A DNA stretch of 64,000 bases from assembly GCA_963710755.1 (NCBI GenBank), contig CAVQBK010000005.1, positions 1 to 64,000 of the forward strand. Reading direction: 5' to 3'. Shown here one piece after another: positions 50,457 through 60,318 of the stretch. The notes below the pieces were generated by a model, which saw only the letters and a program-made list of their open reading frames with translations, was not told the origin of the DNA and ran no database searches. Source of the stretch: an uncultured bacterium (GTDB taxonomy: Bacteria; Oederibacteriota; JAAXVQ01; JAUVAV01). The position numbers and the translations under genes are program-made. The number at the start of each line of letters is the position of its first letter. Position 1 is the first letter of the stretch.

Positions 50457-50684
50457 ATGTGTTTAGCCGTACCTGTTAAAGTTATCGACGTCCACGACCA
50501 AACTGCGCTCATTGACATTGACGGCGTGCAGCGGGAAGTTAATGTGGCCTTGATTGACAAGGTTGCGCCCGGTGATTTTGTAATCATCCATGCCGGGTTT
50601 GCCATTCAAAAGTGGGACCAGGAAGATATTGAAGACTATGCCTCTATTATGGAGGCTATGAATGAGAGCGATCCGGCCCTATGA
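50457..50684 (+). CDS. hypC: Hydrogenase assembly chaperone
   Basis: MCLAVP start after GGAG, IHAGFAI. Confidence 0.96.
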   Translation: MCLAVPVKVIDVHDQTALIDIDGVQREVNVALIDKVAPGDFVIIHAGFAIQKWDQEDIEDYASIMEAMNESDPAL

Positions 50685-51751
50685 CCACGCCGGTTAAAGA
50701 CCATCTGGCCAATCTCAACCGATTAGCCGCCCGCCTGGAAAAGCCCATCAAACTAATGGAAGTTTGCGGCACCCATACCATGGCTGCTTTTCGCTCAGGC
50801 CTGCGTTCGGCCTTGCCCGATCAGATCCGATTAATCTCAGGCCCAGGTTGTCCGGTTTGTGTCACCCCGGTGGGTTATGTGGACCATGCCTTGGCCTTGG
50901 CTCAACTGCCGGAGGTGATCATCACCACTTTTGGCGATATGATCCGTGTACCCGGCTCAAGCCATGCCCTGGAAACCGCCCGGGCCCAGGGTGCTGATGT
51001 ACGGGTTGTCTATGCACCTACTGATGCCCTGGCCTTGGCCCAGGCCCATCCTGAAAAAACCGTGGTCTTCCTGGGCGTGGGCTTTGAAACCACGGTCCCG
51101 GCCGTGGCCTGGACCATCAAGGAAGCCCAACATCTCAATGTGTCCAATTTCAAAGTCCTCTGCGCCCACAAAACCATGCCCCAAGCTATGGAGGCGCTGC
51201 TCAAAGATCAAACCATTGGGCTCAACGGGTTTGTTTGCCCCGGACATGTGAGTGTTGTTATCGGCGCCGACAGCTACCAGTTCATTGCCCGTGACTTCAA
51301 AATCCCGGCGGTGGTGACAGGGTTTGAACCCATCGATATGGTATTGGGCATTGAGATGCTGGTAAAACAGCTGCTGGAACACCGGGCCCAAGTAGAAATT
51401 CAATACACACGCAGCGTGGATTTCCAGGGGAATCAGGCTGCCCAACAATTAATCCATGAGGTTTTCGAGCCAGCGGACACCCAATGGCGGGGCCTGGGCA
51501 CCATTGCCCAAAGCGGTCTGGCCATTCGTGCAGCTTACAGCAGCTTTGACGCGGCTGCCCATTTCCACAACATCACGGTGCCCGAACCTCAGGAACCCAA
51601 GGGCTGCTTATGCGGCCAAGTACTTCGCGGTGTGGCCATACCCCCTGATTGTCCTTTATACAAAACTCGTTGTACCCCGCGCACACCAGTAGGTGCTTGT
51701 ATGGTTTCCGGCGAGGGAACTTGCGCGGCCTATTATAAATACGGTCTGTAG
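50681..51751 (+). CDS. hypD: Hydrogenase formation protein
   Basis: MEVCGTHT, SGPGCPVC, GFETT, PGHVS, GACMVSGEGTC. Confidence 0.97.
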   Translation: MTTPVKDHLANLNRLAARLEKPIKLMEVCGTHTMAAFRSGLRSALPDQIRLISGPGCPVCVTPVGYVDHALALAQLPEVIITTFGDMIRVPGSSHALETARAQGADVRVVYAPTDALALAQAHPEKTVVFLGVGFETTVPAVAWTIKEAQHLNVSNFKVLCAHKTMPQAMEALLKDQTIGLNGFVCPGHVSVVIGADSYQFIARDFKIPAVVTGFEPIDMVLGIEMLVKQLLEHRAQVEIQYTRSVDFQGNQAAQQLIHEVFEPADTQWRGLGTIAQSGLAIRAAYSSFDAAAHFHNITVPEPQEPKGCLCGQVLRGVAIPPDCPLYKTRCTPRTPVGACMVSGEGTCAAYYKYGL

Positions 51752-51898
51752 AGCCTGTTATGGTGATGTGTCCTTAAAAGTCGGGGCGTATTGCCCCCTT
51801 ACACGGGGATCCATGACCCTATGCCCTTACACAGGCCCGGCATTAAAAAACGTCTTTCCATACCAGAAACCAATTAATTGATCATTTAGGAGCATGCC

Positions 51899-52918
51899 AT
51901 GTCTTCCTTTCAGGAATCCCTTATATTACTTGCCCATGGCGGTGGTGGTGATCAGACCAACAGCCTTATCAAGGACCTGATCTTATCCAAATTTGCCAAT
52001 CCTATTCTTGAGCAACTCGATGACAGTGCTTGCCTGACCCTGCCTTCCAACCAGGTGGTGTTCACGACGGATTCCTATGTGGTCAATCCCCTGTTTTTCC
52101 CTGGCGGTGACATCGGCAAATTGGCAGCCTGTGGCACTTTAAACGATTTGGCCATGCAAGGCGCCAAACCGCTTTACCTGAGTATGGGATTGATCCTGGA
52201 AGAAGGGTTGGAAATAAGTGCGCTGGACCGGATTTTAAAGAGCATGGCCGACGTGATCAATCCGCTCGGGGTCAAGGTTGTGACTGGTGACACCAAAGTA
52301 GTGCAGCGGGGTCACGGCCATGGGTGTTTCATCAACACGACCGGTTTGGGAGTGGCTTTGCCGGGTATTGATGTGCATGCGGGCAACGCCAAGCCCGGGG
52401 ACAAAATTATCTTAACCGGCACCATGGGGGATCACGGCATGGCCATCATGTGCCAGCGGGAAGGCTTAAAATTGTCTTCCCCCTTGCTCAGCGATACCGC
52501 AGCCCTTTGGCCTATGATGGAATCACTTCTGAACGGTATTCCAGAGGTTTCAGTGCTGCGTGATCCTACCCGTGGCGGGGTGGCAGCTGCTTTAAACGAT
52601 ATTGCGCGGGCCTCAGGCTGCGGTATCAACATAATGGAATCACGCCTTCCGATACGGCCGGAAGTACGCGGCGCAGCCAGTCTCTTGGGTTTGGATCCCC
52701 TTGCCATTGCCAATGAAGGTAAGGCCATCGTGGTTTGCCCATCGGCCAAGGCGGACGATGCCCTTAAACTGATCCAATCATCACCTTTAGGACAGGACGC
52801 GGCCATCATTGGCGAGGTGGCCGCAGAACATCCCGACCAGGTCTTCCTGCAGACCACCCTTGCAGGCAGACGGTTGCTTGATTATCCCAGCGGGGAAATG
52901 TTGCCAAGGATTTGCTGA
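51899..52918 (+). CDS. hypE: Carbamoyl dehydratase
   Basis: AHGGGG, TTDSYVVNPLFFPGGDIG, RDPTRGG, C-terminal PRIC. Confidence 0.97.
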   Translation: MSSFQESLILLAHGGGGDQTNSLIKDLILSKFANPILEQLDDSACLTLPSNQVVFTTDSYVVNPLFFPGGDIGKLAACGTLNDLAMQGAKPLYLSMGLILEEGLEISALDRILKSMADVINPLGVKVVTGDTKVVQRGHGHGCFINTTGLGVALPGIDVHAGNAKPGDKIILTGTMGDHGMAIMCQREGLKLSSPLLSDTAALWPMMESLLNGIPEVSVLRDPTRGGVAAALNDIARASGCGINIMESRLPIRPEVRGAASLLGLDPLAIANEGKAIVVCPSAKADDALKLIQSSPLGQDAAIIGEVAAEHPDQVFLQTTLAGRRLLDYPSGEMLPRIC

Positions 52919-52940
52919 AGGTGTGGTTTATAACAAGGAC

Positions 52941-53366
52941 CTAGTGGACTTCGGAACGGTAAAGATTATTGTCCTGAAGGAATTGTTTGAAGCGTGGTTG
53001 ATGTTCTGCATCGATCTGACAGAATTTGACGCCAATACTATAATTGTTGCTCTCCGCTTCCCGGCACCATACCAATTCTGCCAACACCAGCACGGGCGTG
53101 CATTCCTCTTCCCCATAGCATTCTTTGGTAATTTCCATAGACCCGTTGCTTTCGTTGGGAATAAAAAGATTCATCATGATGTGCTGGCCGGTAGGTATGA
53201 AGCGATCCGAGGTGGCCCCCAAACCCATGGCGCCCAAATCTTTGCTGGTGGCTTCAAGAGCGTGGAAGACTTTGCCTTCTTCAAAATACTTGTAATGAAC
53301 GGGCAATTCGATTTTGGTCCTTGGATAGGCACGCGTTTTTAACAGCTTGCGCGTTGTTTTCTCCAT
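52941..53366 (-). CDS. PilZ-domain protein
   Basis: RAYPR (RxxxR) and DLGAMG ([DN]xSxxG-like) motifs, LVWCR, IGVKF. Confidence 0.85.
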   Translation of the reverse strand: MEKTTRKLLKTRAYPRTKIELPVHYKYFEEGKVFHALEATSKDLGAMGLGATSDRFIPTGQHIMMNLFIPNESNGSMEITKECYGEEECTPVLVLAELVWCREAESNNYSIGVKFCQIDAEHQPRFKQFLQDNNLYRSEVH

Positions 53367-53617
53367 CTCGATCCCCTCCTTCCGACCTTCTCACCCGGTT
53401 CCAAGACAACTTTCCACAGTCAACTGATGCTGTTAGCATTTAATTGACACTTTCCTGGAGAACCATCCTACCTTGTTCTCCACTATTATTTTCACGCTGC
53501 CGGCTTAATCGCGCAAGGGTTTTATTGAGCTCCGCTTGGATTTTCAGAATCCCGGACGAGAAGTTGACGCACACCTTTTTCCGGTCGTTTTGGAAACCAT
53601 AAATCGACGCTCAAGAC

Positions 53618-54214
53618 CTAAAGTCTTTTTTTTATCACATCAACGATTTTAATCAGCGCCAGGGCACGATGAGAGATGGCGTTTTTTTCGCGGGGACTCA
53701 TTTGCGCAAAGGTACGACACTCCCCGCGGGGAATAAATAAAGGATCATAACCAAAGCCAGCCTGCCCTTGCGGCGCCTCGGCAATGGAGCCCCAGATCTT
53801 CCCTAGGCGGGTAAAGCTTTTTTCACCGGGAAAGGCGAGCGCCATGACCGTGGCAAAATAGGCTCTGCGTTCCCGACCCTTAAACGGTTTCATGGCTCGC
53901 AACAATTTACGGTTGTTGGCTGACGTATCACAGGCCGGACCGGCATAGCGGGCAGATTTCACCCCTGGCTGATTGTCCAGGGCCGGGACGAATAAACCCG
54001 AATCATCCGCCAAGACGGGACGGTTGAAAGCCTTGGCCATGGTTTGGGCCTTTTTCAGAGCATTGGCCGTTAGGGTGTCGCCGTCCTCCTTGATATCCGG
54101 CAGGGGCGGGAAGGCAGACAGCGGTTTAATCTGATAGGCGCTGCCCCGTAGCATCTTTTTAATTTCCCTGACCTTATGCTCATTCTTGGTGGCCATAATG
54201 ATAACTTTTTTCAT
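53618..54214 (-). CDS. rdgB: Non-canonical purine NTP pyrophosphatase
   Basis: ATKNEHK, ADDSGL, PGVKSARY, GFGYDPLF, KNAISHR. Confidence 0.96.
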   Translation of the reverse strand: MKKVIIMATKNEHKVREIKKMLRGSAYQIKPLSAFPPLPDIKEDGDTLTANALKKAQTMAKAFNRPVLADDSGLFVPALDNQPGVKSARYAGPACDTSANNRKLLRAMKPFKGRERRAYFATVMALAFPGEKSFTRLGKIWGSIAEAPQGQAGFGYDPLFIPRGECRTFAQMSPREKNAISHRALALIKIVDVIKKRL

Positions 54215-54237
54215 GGGGTGTACCTCTTAGAGTCTCT

Positions 54238-54276
54238 GTCTGAATTATCTAGGCGGGACGCTTAGATAATTCAGAC
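54238..54276. other. Long intergenic hairpin between rph and rdgB
   Basis: GTCTGAATTATCTAGGCG-GGA-CGCTTAGATAATTCAGAC, 18-bp stem with one G.T pair. Confidence 0.75.
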
Positions 54277-54303
54277 TAGAGCCTCTTATCCAGCTTCGCT
54301 GGG

Positions 54304-55014
54304 TTACGATAACAGCGCTTTTTGCTTGGCCAGTAACTGGTTAATGCCCTTTTCTGCCAAATCCAACATCCGGTCCAGGTCCTGCCTTGAAAAAGCTTCT
54401 TTTTCCGCCGTGCCCTGAATTTCGATCAACTTGCCCGAACCGGTCATGATCACATTCATATCCACATCAGCCTGGCTGTCTTCCTCGTAGCATAAATCCA
54501 GCAACAACTTCCCTTTGACCATTCCCAGGGAAACCGCGGCGACTTGGTCTTTCAGGGGAGATGTGGTCAGCTTGTTCTGGCTGAGCAGCACCTGCACGGC
54601 GTCAGCCAGGGCCACATAAGCGCCGGTAATACTGGCCGTGCGTGTACCACCGTCCGCCTGAATGACATCACAATCAAGAATGATGGTGCGCTCGCCCAAT
54701 TTTTCCAAATCCACCACCGTACGCAAGACACGGCCAATCAAACGCTGGATTTCCTGGGTTCTGCCGCTTTTATGTCCTCCGGATTCCCGCTTAATGCGTG
54801 TGGGAGAGCTTCGCGGCAGCATGCCATATTCAGCCGTGACCCACCCCTGTTTTTTACCTTTCAAAAAGGGTGGTACATCCTCCAAAATGGTGGCTGTACA
54901 CAATACTTTGGTATAGCCGGTTTCAATCAAAACCGCCCCCTCCACATCTTTTAAATAATTTTTGGTCATGTTCAAAGGACGTAATTCGTCGGCTTGACGT
55001 TGATCAATTCTCAT
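54304..55014 (-). CDS. rph: Ribonuclease PH
   Basis: [44 protein letters not shown]. Confidence 0.98.
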   Translation of the reverse strand: MRIDQRQADELRPLNMTKNYLKDVEGAVLIETGYTKVLCTATILEDVPPFLKGKKQGWVTAEYGMLPRSSPTRIKRESGGHKSGRTQEIQRLIGRVLRTVVDLEKLGERTIILDCDVIQADGGTRTASITGAYVALADAVQVLLSQNKLTTSPLKDQVAAVSLGMVKGKLLLDLCYEEDSQADVDMNVIMTGSGKLIEIQGTAEKEAFSRQDLDRMLDLAEKGINQLLAKQKALLS

Positions 55015-55778
55015 GCATTCAGCTCCTGTTTGATAATTTGAAGGCAGCCCAAGGCCCCTGTATATTCCGGAAAAGACGGCACCATCACTTCATAGCCGGC
55101 CTTTTGCAAATAATGCACCAATGCCGTGTGATGGGCGCCACCGCCGGTAAAAACCAGTTTTTTTTCAGGCCAGTGGTCCAGCATGGGTCTGATCCTCATG
55201 AAGGTGGAATGGTTGACACCGGCACACAAGCGTGCCAGGGAAACGCCGTCGGCAATTTTCCCGATCAATTCCGATTCCGCATAGGTTGCACAAGTGGTGG
55301 ATAAAGCCTCAGGATCCTGATAGTAACTGCCCAGCTCTTCCAGCGATATCTCCATGACCTGGGCCATGGCTTCCAGATAACGGCCGCTGCCGGCTGCACA
55401 TTTGTCATTAATCTGAAAATCATCCACATGGCCGTCCTGAACCAGAATGACTTTGGTGTCTTGACCGCCCAGGTCGAGCAATAGAAATTCCTTCCACGGC
55501 ACCTGGCCTGCGGCGCCCAAGGCATGCGCTTGGATTTCACTGATGACCCGCACCTGGTGAAAGTGGATGTTGTTGCGCCCATAGCCCGTGGCCACCATTT
55601 GATCGGGCACGGCAAGCTTCAAGGTGCCAAAATCAAAGCCCAACGACGCAGAATCATTGAGCTTTAAAACATCCTTGTAAAAACGGGTGGTGGGCCAGCA
55701 CAGCCTTTGTTGTTGCCCGTTGGCTTCCCAGACCAGTTTAACTTGTCGTGATCCAATATCCATACCCAGCAGCATCAT
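55011..55778 (-). CDS. ASKHA-type acyl-CoA dehydratase activase (HgdC/BadF-like)
   Basis: [45 protein letters not shown]. Confidence 0.92.
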   Translation of the reverse strand: MMLLGMDIGSRQVKLVWEANGQQQRLCWPTTRFYKDVLKLNDSASLGFDFGTLKLAVPDQMVATGYGRNNIHFHQVRVISEIQAHALGAAGQVPWKEFLLLDLGGQDTKVILVQDGHVDDFQINDKCAAGSGRYLEAMAQVMEISLEELGSYYQDPEALSTTCATYAESELIGKIADGVSLARLCAGVNHSTFMRIRPMLDHWPEKKLVFTGGGAHHTALVHYLQKAGYEVMVPSFPEYTGALGCLQIIKQELNA

Positions 55779-56779
55779 GATCTTATCCTTTGCTTATGAC
55801 GGAGCATTTCCAAAAAAGCATCCAGCCTGGTTTTACTGCGGCCATCGAGCGCGCCCACGCGATCACCCTCCAGGGTTAAAACCGGTACGTTCAACTGCTT
55901 TTTAAAAACGGTGTCCTCCAACTGGTGATGACAAAAAGACTGCACATAATGAATACAGCCATCCAACTGCCTGAGCGCAATCTGACTTTTAATGTCCTCT
56001 AAGCGTCCGTAAACACTGTATGGGTAAGTATAGGTCAAATATTGATCAAGAAGATCCTTTTGGTAATTGGGCATGGCAAATTGCCGCGCCACTTCATGGT
56101 AAACCACCCTCGACCCCTGGGCTTCCAAATAGCCGTGGAGATTGGTGTAAACGCCGGGCACGCCCAGGAGTCCCAACCGCACCCCGGGGGCGGATGGATT
56201 CGCTGATGTCCCCTGCTCAAGCTTCTCAAGTTCCAGATAAAAACTGTCCGGATCAGATTTGAAATCAGAACAATTGATCAACGCTTCAAAATTATCCTGA
56301 CCGCTGACATCCCCGTCGTGCCAAGTGCGGTAGTCCAGATGGTGAGCCAGCGTCCTGATTTGATTCAATCGTCCGTGGGCGTCCTCTACCGTGTCCCAAC
56401 CAACCCCGAAGAGGGCCATCAGCTTCTGCATTTCCACCCGCAACTGTTCCCGCACCTTTCCATAGGGATAGGCAAAAGGAATGAATTCCACATCACTGGG
56501 AAGAAGGGTTTCCAGCATGGTCACCACATGAGCACAATCGCCCTGTACCACGCCGATAACTTTTTTGATCTTCTGTTTCAGAATGGCGCTGTATAGGCCT
56601 TTAACCCAGGTACAGGTAGACCGGGGCAATCCTGCCCGTTCAGCGGTTGCAATCAGGTCCAGGGGCGCTTCATCGGTGATAAACACATTATTCAGATCTA
56701 CCGGCTGACGCCGGGCGGCATATATAATTTCCACGGGAATGGTGGAGGTTATACCTATTTTTTCCTGGTTCACGGTCAT
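55775..56779 (-). CDS. 2-hydroxyacyl-CoA dehydratase (HgdB/FldC-like) single subunit
   Basis: PVEII, CTWVKG, GDC, YVQSFCHH, LEGD, TRLDAFLEM. Confidence 0.88.
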   Translation of the reverse strand: MTVNQEKIGITSTIPVEIIYAARRQPVDLNNVFITDEAPLDLIATAERAGLPRSTCTWVKGLYSAILKQKIKKVIGVVQGDCAHVVTMLETLLPSDVEFIPFAYPYGKVREQLRVEMQKLMALFGVGWDTVEDAHGRLNQIRTLAHHLDYRTWHDGDVSGQDNFEALINCSDFKSDPDSFYLELEKLEQGTSANPSAPGVRLGLLGVPGVYTNLHGYLEAQGSRVVYHEVARQFAMPNYQKDLLDQYLTYTYPYSVYGRLEDIKSQIALRQLDGCIHYVQSFCHHQLEDTVFKKQLNVPVLTLEGDRVGALDGRSKTRLDAFLEMLRHKQRIRS

Positions 56780-57541
56780 CTAAGCAATACCCATCAATTT
56801 ATGAATTTGCGGCAATAGGCGAACACGCTGATGATGACGCCGGGCGGTTTTAAGCAAGGGATAGCAATAGGCCGATTGGGATAGCTTTAGCTTTTTGTCC
56901 GCCAATGGTTGCAGAATAAGTTCCCATTCCGGCGATAATTGCTGCATGAGCTTGGCGATGGTCACCATCTCCCGGCCTGTGGTTTGGGGACTGACCACGG
57001 CTTTGATCCAACCTGTTTTTTTTCCTGCCATTTTTAAAAAAGCGCGGTGCAGCTTGAAAGGCATCGGTTTACCAGTGGTGGATTTAAGTTTCATATCCAT
57101 GGACACAGCATCCACATAAGGAAGAACCCGTCCCAATGCTTCCGCCCAAATTCCATTGGTTTCCAACATAACCGGCAAGGCCTGCGGCCATTTTTTCATA
57201 ATCCGCAAAAAAGCTTCCAAAAAGTCAACCTGTTCCAACGGCTCCCCGCCGGTTATAGCCAGACTGTGAAAAGGTCCGCATTTGGACATCAACTTTTCGA
57301 CCAAATAGGCCAGACCTTCGGGAGAAAAGGGATTGTTCAAGGACCAGTGTTTTTTGCCATTGGGCATGAAATAAACGCGCGCTTTTTTAGGGTTGTCTGA
57401 TTGTGCCCAGGCCGTATCGCAATAGGCACAGTCAAAATGACAACCCGCCAGGCGCACAAACAACTGATACCTGCCCATCCACAGCCCTTCACCTTGCAAG
57501 CTGGGAAAAACTTCGGCCACGATGCCCGTCTTAAGGCTCAT
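56780..57541 (-). CDS. queE: 7-carboxy-7-deazaguanine synthase (radical SAM)
   Basis: EVFPSLQGEG, FVRLAGCHFDCAYCDT, ITGGEP, LETNG, PQIHK; start 57541 or 57553. Confidence 0.94.
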   Translation of the reverse strand: MSLKTGIVAEVFPSLQGEGLWMGRYQLFVRLAGCHFDCAYCDTAWAQSDNPKKARVYFMPNGKKHWSLNNPFSPEGLAYLVEKLMSKCGPFHSLAITGGEPLEQVDFLEAFLRIMKKWPQALPVMLETNGIWAEALGRVLPYVDAVSMDMKLKSTTGKPMPFKLHRAFLKMAGKKTGWIKAVVSPQTTGREMVTIAKLMQQLSPEWELILQPLADKKLKLSQSAYCYPLLKTARRHHQRVRLLPQIHKLMGIA

Positions 57542-57905
57542 AATATCGAACAAAGGCGCGCGACGATTCCCAGACGATAACGGTCTTCATGCTCAGACGG
57601 GGAAAGGCTTTGATTTTCTCTCGGCATTCCCCATAAATGGTTTTCGCCAAATTTTCCGAAGTAGGATTGAGTTCCTTAAACGCCGGCAGCTCATTGAGCA
57701 TGGTATGATCATAGGCTTCCAATATATCCTTCAATATTTTCTTCAAAATACCAAAGTCAACAGCCAAGCCACAATCATCCTGCTCTTCGGCGCTCACCTC
57801 GAGCCTTATTTTCCAGTTGTGCCCATGAAAATTCTCGCATTTGCCCTGATAGCCCCGCAATTGATGCGCTGACGCAATATCCTGTTCCACAACTACATCA
57901 AACAT
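57531..57905 (-). CDS. queD: 6-carboxytetrahydropterin synthase
   Basis: SAHQL, CENFHGHNW, DHTMLNE, NPTSENLA, VWES. Confidence 0.95.
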   Translation of the reverse strand: MFDVVVEQDIASAHQLRGYQGKCENFHGHNWKIRLEVSAEEQDDCGLAVDFGILKKILKDILEAYDHTMLNELPAFKELNPTSENLAKTIYGECREKIKAFPRLSMKTVIVWESSRAFVRYYEP

Positions 57906-58741
57906 TATTTCCTTACCTCCGGTACAATCACCCGCTTAATAGAGGTGATTTTTCTGCCTATGATACGAGTCCCCACTTCTACAAACTGATCGGGAACATC
58001 GGTTACCAGATAATGTTGGACACCTTTTTTAACCGACGGTGTTAACAACTCATGGCTTCTTAAAACTTCAGTCAATTCCTTGGTCACCTCTTCCGCGGAA
58101 TCAATAATGGCCACCTGCTTCCCGCAAACCTGGGCAATCAATTCTTTCAGAGCGGGATAATGGGTGCATCCTAAAATCAGATGGTCTATCTTCTTTTTCA
58201 GAAGGGGCGCCAAGTATTTGCCGATGATCATCTTAGTCTCCTCGGCCTCCAGCCATCCTTCCTCCACCAAAGGTACCAGTAAGGGACAAGGGGCGCCGAC
58301 CACCTTTCGCCGGGGATCAAGTTGATGAATGATCTTGGTATAGGTCTGGGAGTGAATGGTTGCCCGGGTGCCTATAATTCCAACCGTACCCTGGTGTCCG
58401 TCTTTGAGTGCGGCCCGTGCGCCGGGGCCGATAACACCAAGGATAGGAAAAGAAAAATGTCGCTGCAAAGCGGGCAATGCGTAAGCCGAAGCCGTATTGC
58501 AGGCCACCACCAGCGCCTTGATGTGTTGGTCCGCCAGGACCTGCACACATTCCTGAGTGAATCGTTTTACCGTTTCCCCGGCTTTGGTCCCGTAGGGTGT
58601 CCGGGCCGTATCCCCCAGATAGATCAGCGACTCATGCGGCAATTGCCGGTGAATTTCCTTGGCCACAGTCAAGCCTCCCACCCCGGAATCAAAAATACCG
58701 ATCGGGGCTTTGGCCTGTGGTATAAGTTTTCTTAGCGCCAT
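57905..58741 (-). CDS. murI: Glutamate racemase
   Basis: FDSGVGGLTV, PYGTK, ACNTAS, LGCTHYP. Confidence 0.98.
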   Translation of the reverse strand: MALRKLIPQAKAPIGIFDSGVGGLTVAKEIHRQLPHESLIYLGDTARTPYGTKAGETVKRFTQECVQVLADQHIKALVVACNTASAYALPALQRHFSFPILGVIGPGARAALKDGHQGTVGIIGTRATIHSQTYTKIIHQLDPRRKVVGAPCPLLVPLVEEGWLEAEETKMIIGKYLAPLLKKKIDHLILGCTHYPALKELIAQVCGKQVAIIDSAEEVTKELTEVLRSHELLTPSVKKGVQHYLVTDVPDQFVEVGTRIIGRKITSIKRVIVPEVRK

Positions 58742-60303
58742 TTTTTATCGTTTCTTAGTTTGTATTCGATGGCATCAATCAAAGCCTCCCATGATGCTTC
58801 GATGATATTGGTGGAAACACCGACGGTTCCCCATACGTTGCGTTCATCCTGACTTTCCACAAAAACCCGGACTTTGGCATCGGTGCCGGTCTTGGATTCC
58901 AACACCCGGACTTTGTAATCCACCAGCCGCATTTGCTTCAAGCTGCGGTAATAGGGCTCAAAAGCTTTTCTTAAGGCATTATCCATGGCATTAACCGGCC
59001 CGTCTCCTTCGGCGGCCGTGTAGATCAGCTCTCCTTTAATCCGGACTTTGACGGTGGCCTCTGACACCATGGTATTGCCCCGCTGTTCCACGATCACCCG
59101 GTACCCTTCCAAATCAAAAAAAGGATTGGAATGATTTAATTGGCGGTGAACCAGCAGGCGAAAACTGCCGTCTGCCCCCTCGAATTTATAGCCCAGATGC
59201 TCCAGTTCTTTGATCTTTTGAATAATGCTTTTAGCCTCCGTCGACCCGGGTTCAATGGCAAACCCCATTTGATCTGCCTTAAACAGGACCGATGCCACCC
59301 CGGCCTGTTCGGAAACAATGATTCTGCGTTCATTGCCGACCAATTCGGGGTTGATATGTTCATAGGATACAGGGTTCTTTCTCACCGCATCCACATGCAG
59401 ACCACCTTTGTGGGCAAAGGCATTCATCCCCACATAGGGGCTTTGTTCCCGGGGGGTAACATTGGCGATTTCCGCCACTGTTCTTGAGAGTACCGTCAGC
59501 TTGCCCAGTTGTTTGGCATTCAGACAGGCCTGATGCATCTTCAGTTGCAGATTGGGAATGACGGAGCAGAGATTGGCATTACCGCACCGCTCACCATAGC
59601 CATTAATCGTGCCTTGTACCATGGTGGCACCACCGCGAACCGCAGCCAGAGAGTTGGCCACCGCCAGTTCGGTGTCATTGTGAGCATGAATGCCAACAGC
59701 GGTGGGAAAGCTCTCCACCACCAGCCGGGTAATCCGTTCAATGTCATTGGGCATAGTGCCCCCATTGGTGTCGCACAACACCAGCCAGTCCGCACCCGAT
59801 TCAGAGGCTGCCTTTAACACTTTCATGGCATAGGTCTCGTTGGCGAAAAAAGCATCGTAAAAATGCTCAGCATCAAAAAAAACTTTTTTATGCTTGGACT
59901 TTAAATAGCTGACCGTATCTTTGATCATATTCAGGTTTTCTTCCAGGGTGGTGCGGATAACATCTTTCACATGCAAATCCCAGGTTTTACCCACCACCGC
60001 GATAACCGGTGCGGCGGTGTCCAACAAAGCCTGTACCGCCGGATCATCCTTTACTTTATATTTAGCGCGGCGTGTACTGCCAAACGCCACCACTTGGGCA
60101 TGCTTAAAAGGTTGTTTTTGTATGGCTTTGTAAAATTCCAAATCTTTGGTATTGCTTGGTGCCGGATAGCCGCCTTCAATATAGGGAATACGCATGTCAT
60201 CCAAATGACGGGCAATGGCCAGTTTATCTTCCAAGGTAAACTGAATTTCCTCTGCCTGAGAGCCGTCCCGCAAGGTGGTATCATAAATCATTATTTTGGA
60301 CAT
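58732..60303 (-). CDS. cimA: Citramalate synthase
   Basis: DTTLRDGSQ, AFGSTRR, GKTWDLHV, DAEHF, AHKGGLH and C-terminal regulatory domain. Confidence 0.93.
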   Translation of the reverse strand: MSKIMIYDTTLRDGSQAEEIQFTLEDKLAIARHLDDMRIPYIEGGYPAPSNTKDLEFYKAIQKQPFKHAQVVAFGSTRRAKYKVKDDPAVQALLDTAAPVIAVVGKTWDLHVKDVIRTTLEENLNMIKDTVSYLKSKHKKVFFDAEHFYDAFFANETYAMKVLKAASESGADWLVLCDTNGGTMPNDIERITRLVVESFPTAVGIHAHNDTELAVANSLAAVRGGATMVQGTINGYGERCGNANLCSVIPNLQLKMHQACLNAKQLGKLTVLSRTVAEIANVTPREQSPYVGMNAFAHKGGLHVDAVRKNPVSYEHINPELVGNERRIIVSEQAGVASVLFKADQMGFAIEPGSTEAKSIIQKIKELEHLGYKFEGADGSFRLLVHRQLNHSNPFFDLEGYRVIVEQRGNTMVSEATVKVRIKGELIYTAAEGDGPVNAMDNALRKAFEPYYRSLKQMRLVDYKVRVLESKTGTDAKVRVFVESQDERNVWGTVGVSTNIIEASWEALIDAIEYKLRNDKKWR

Positions 60304-60318
60304 TAGCTGTGTCCTCCT

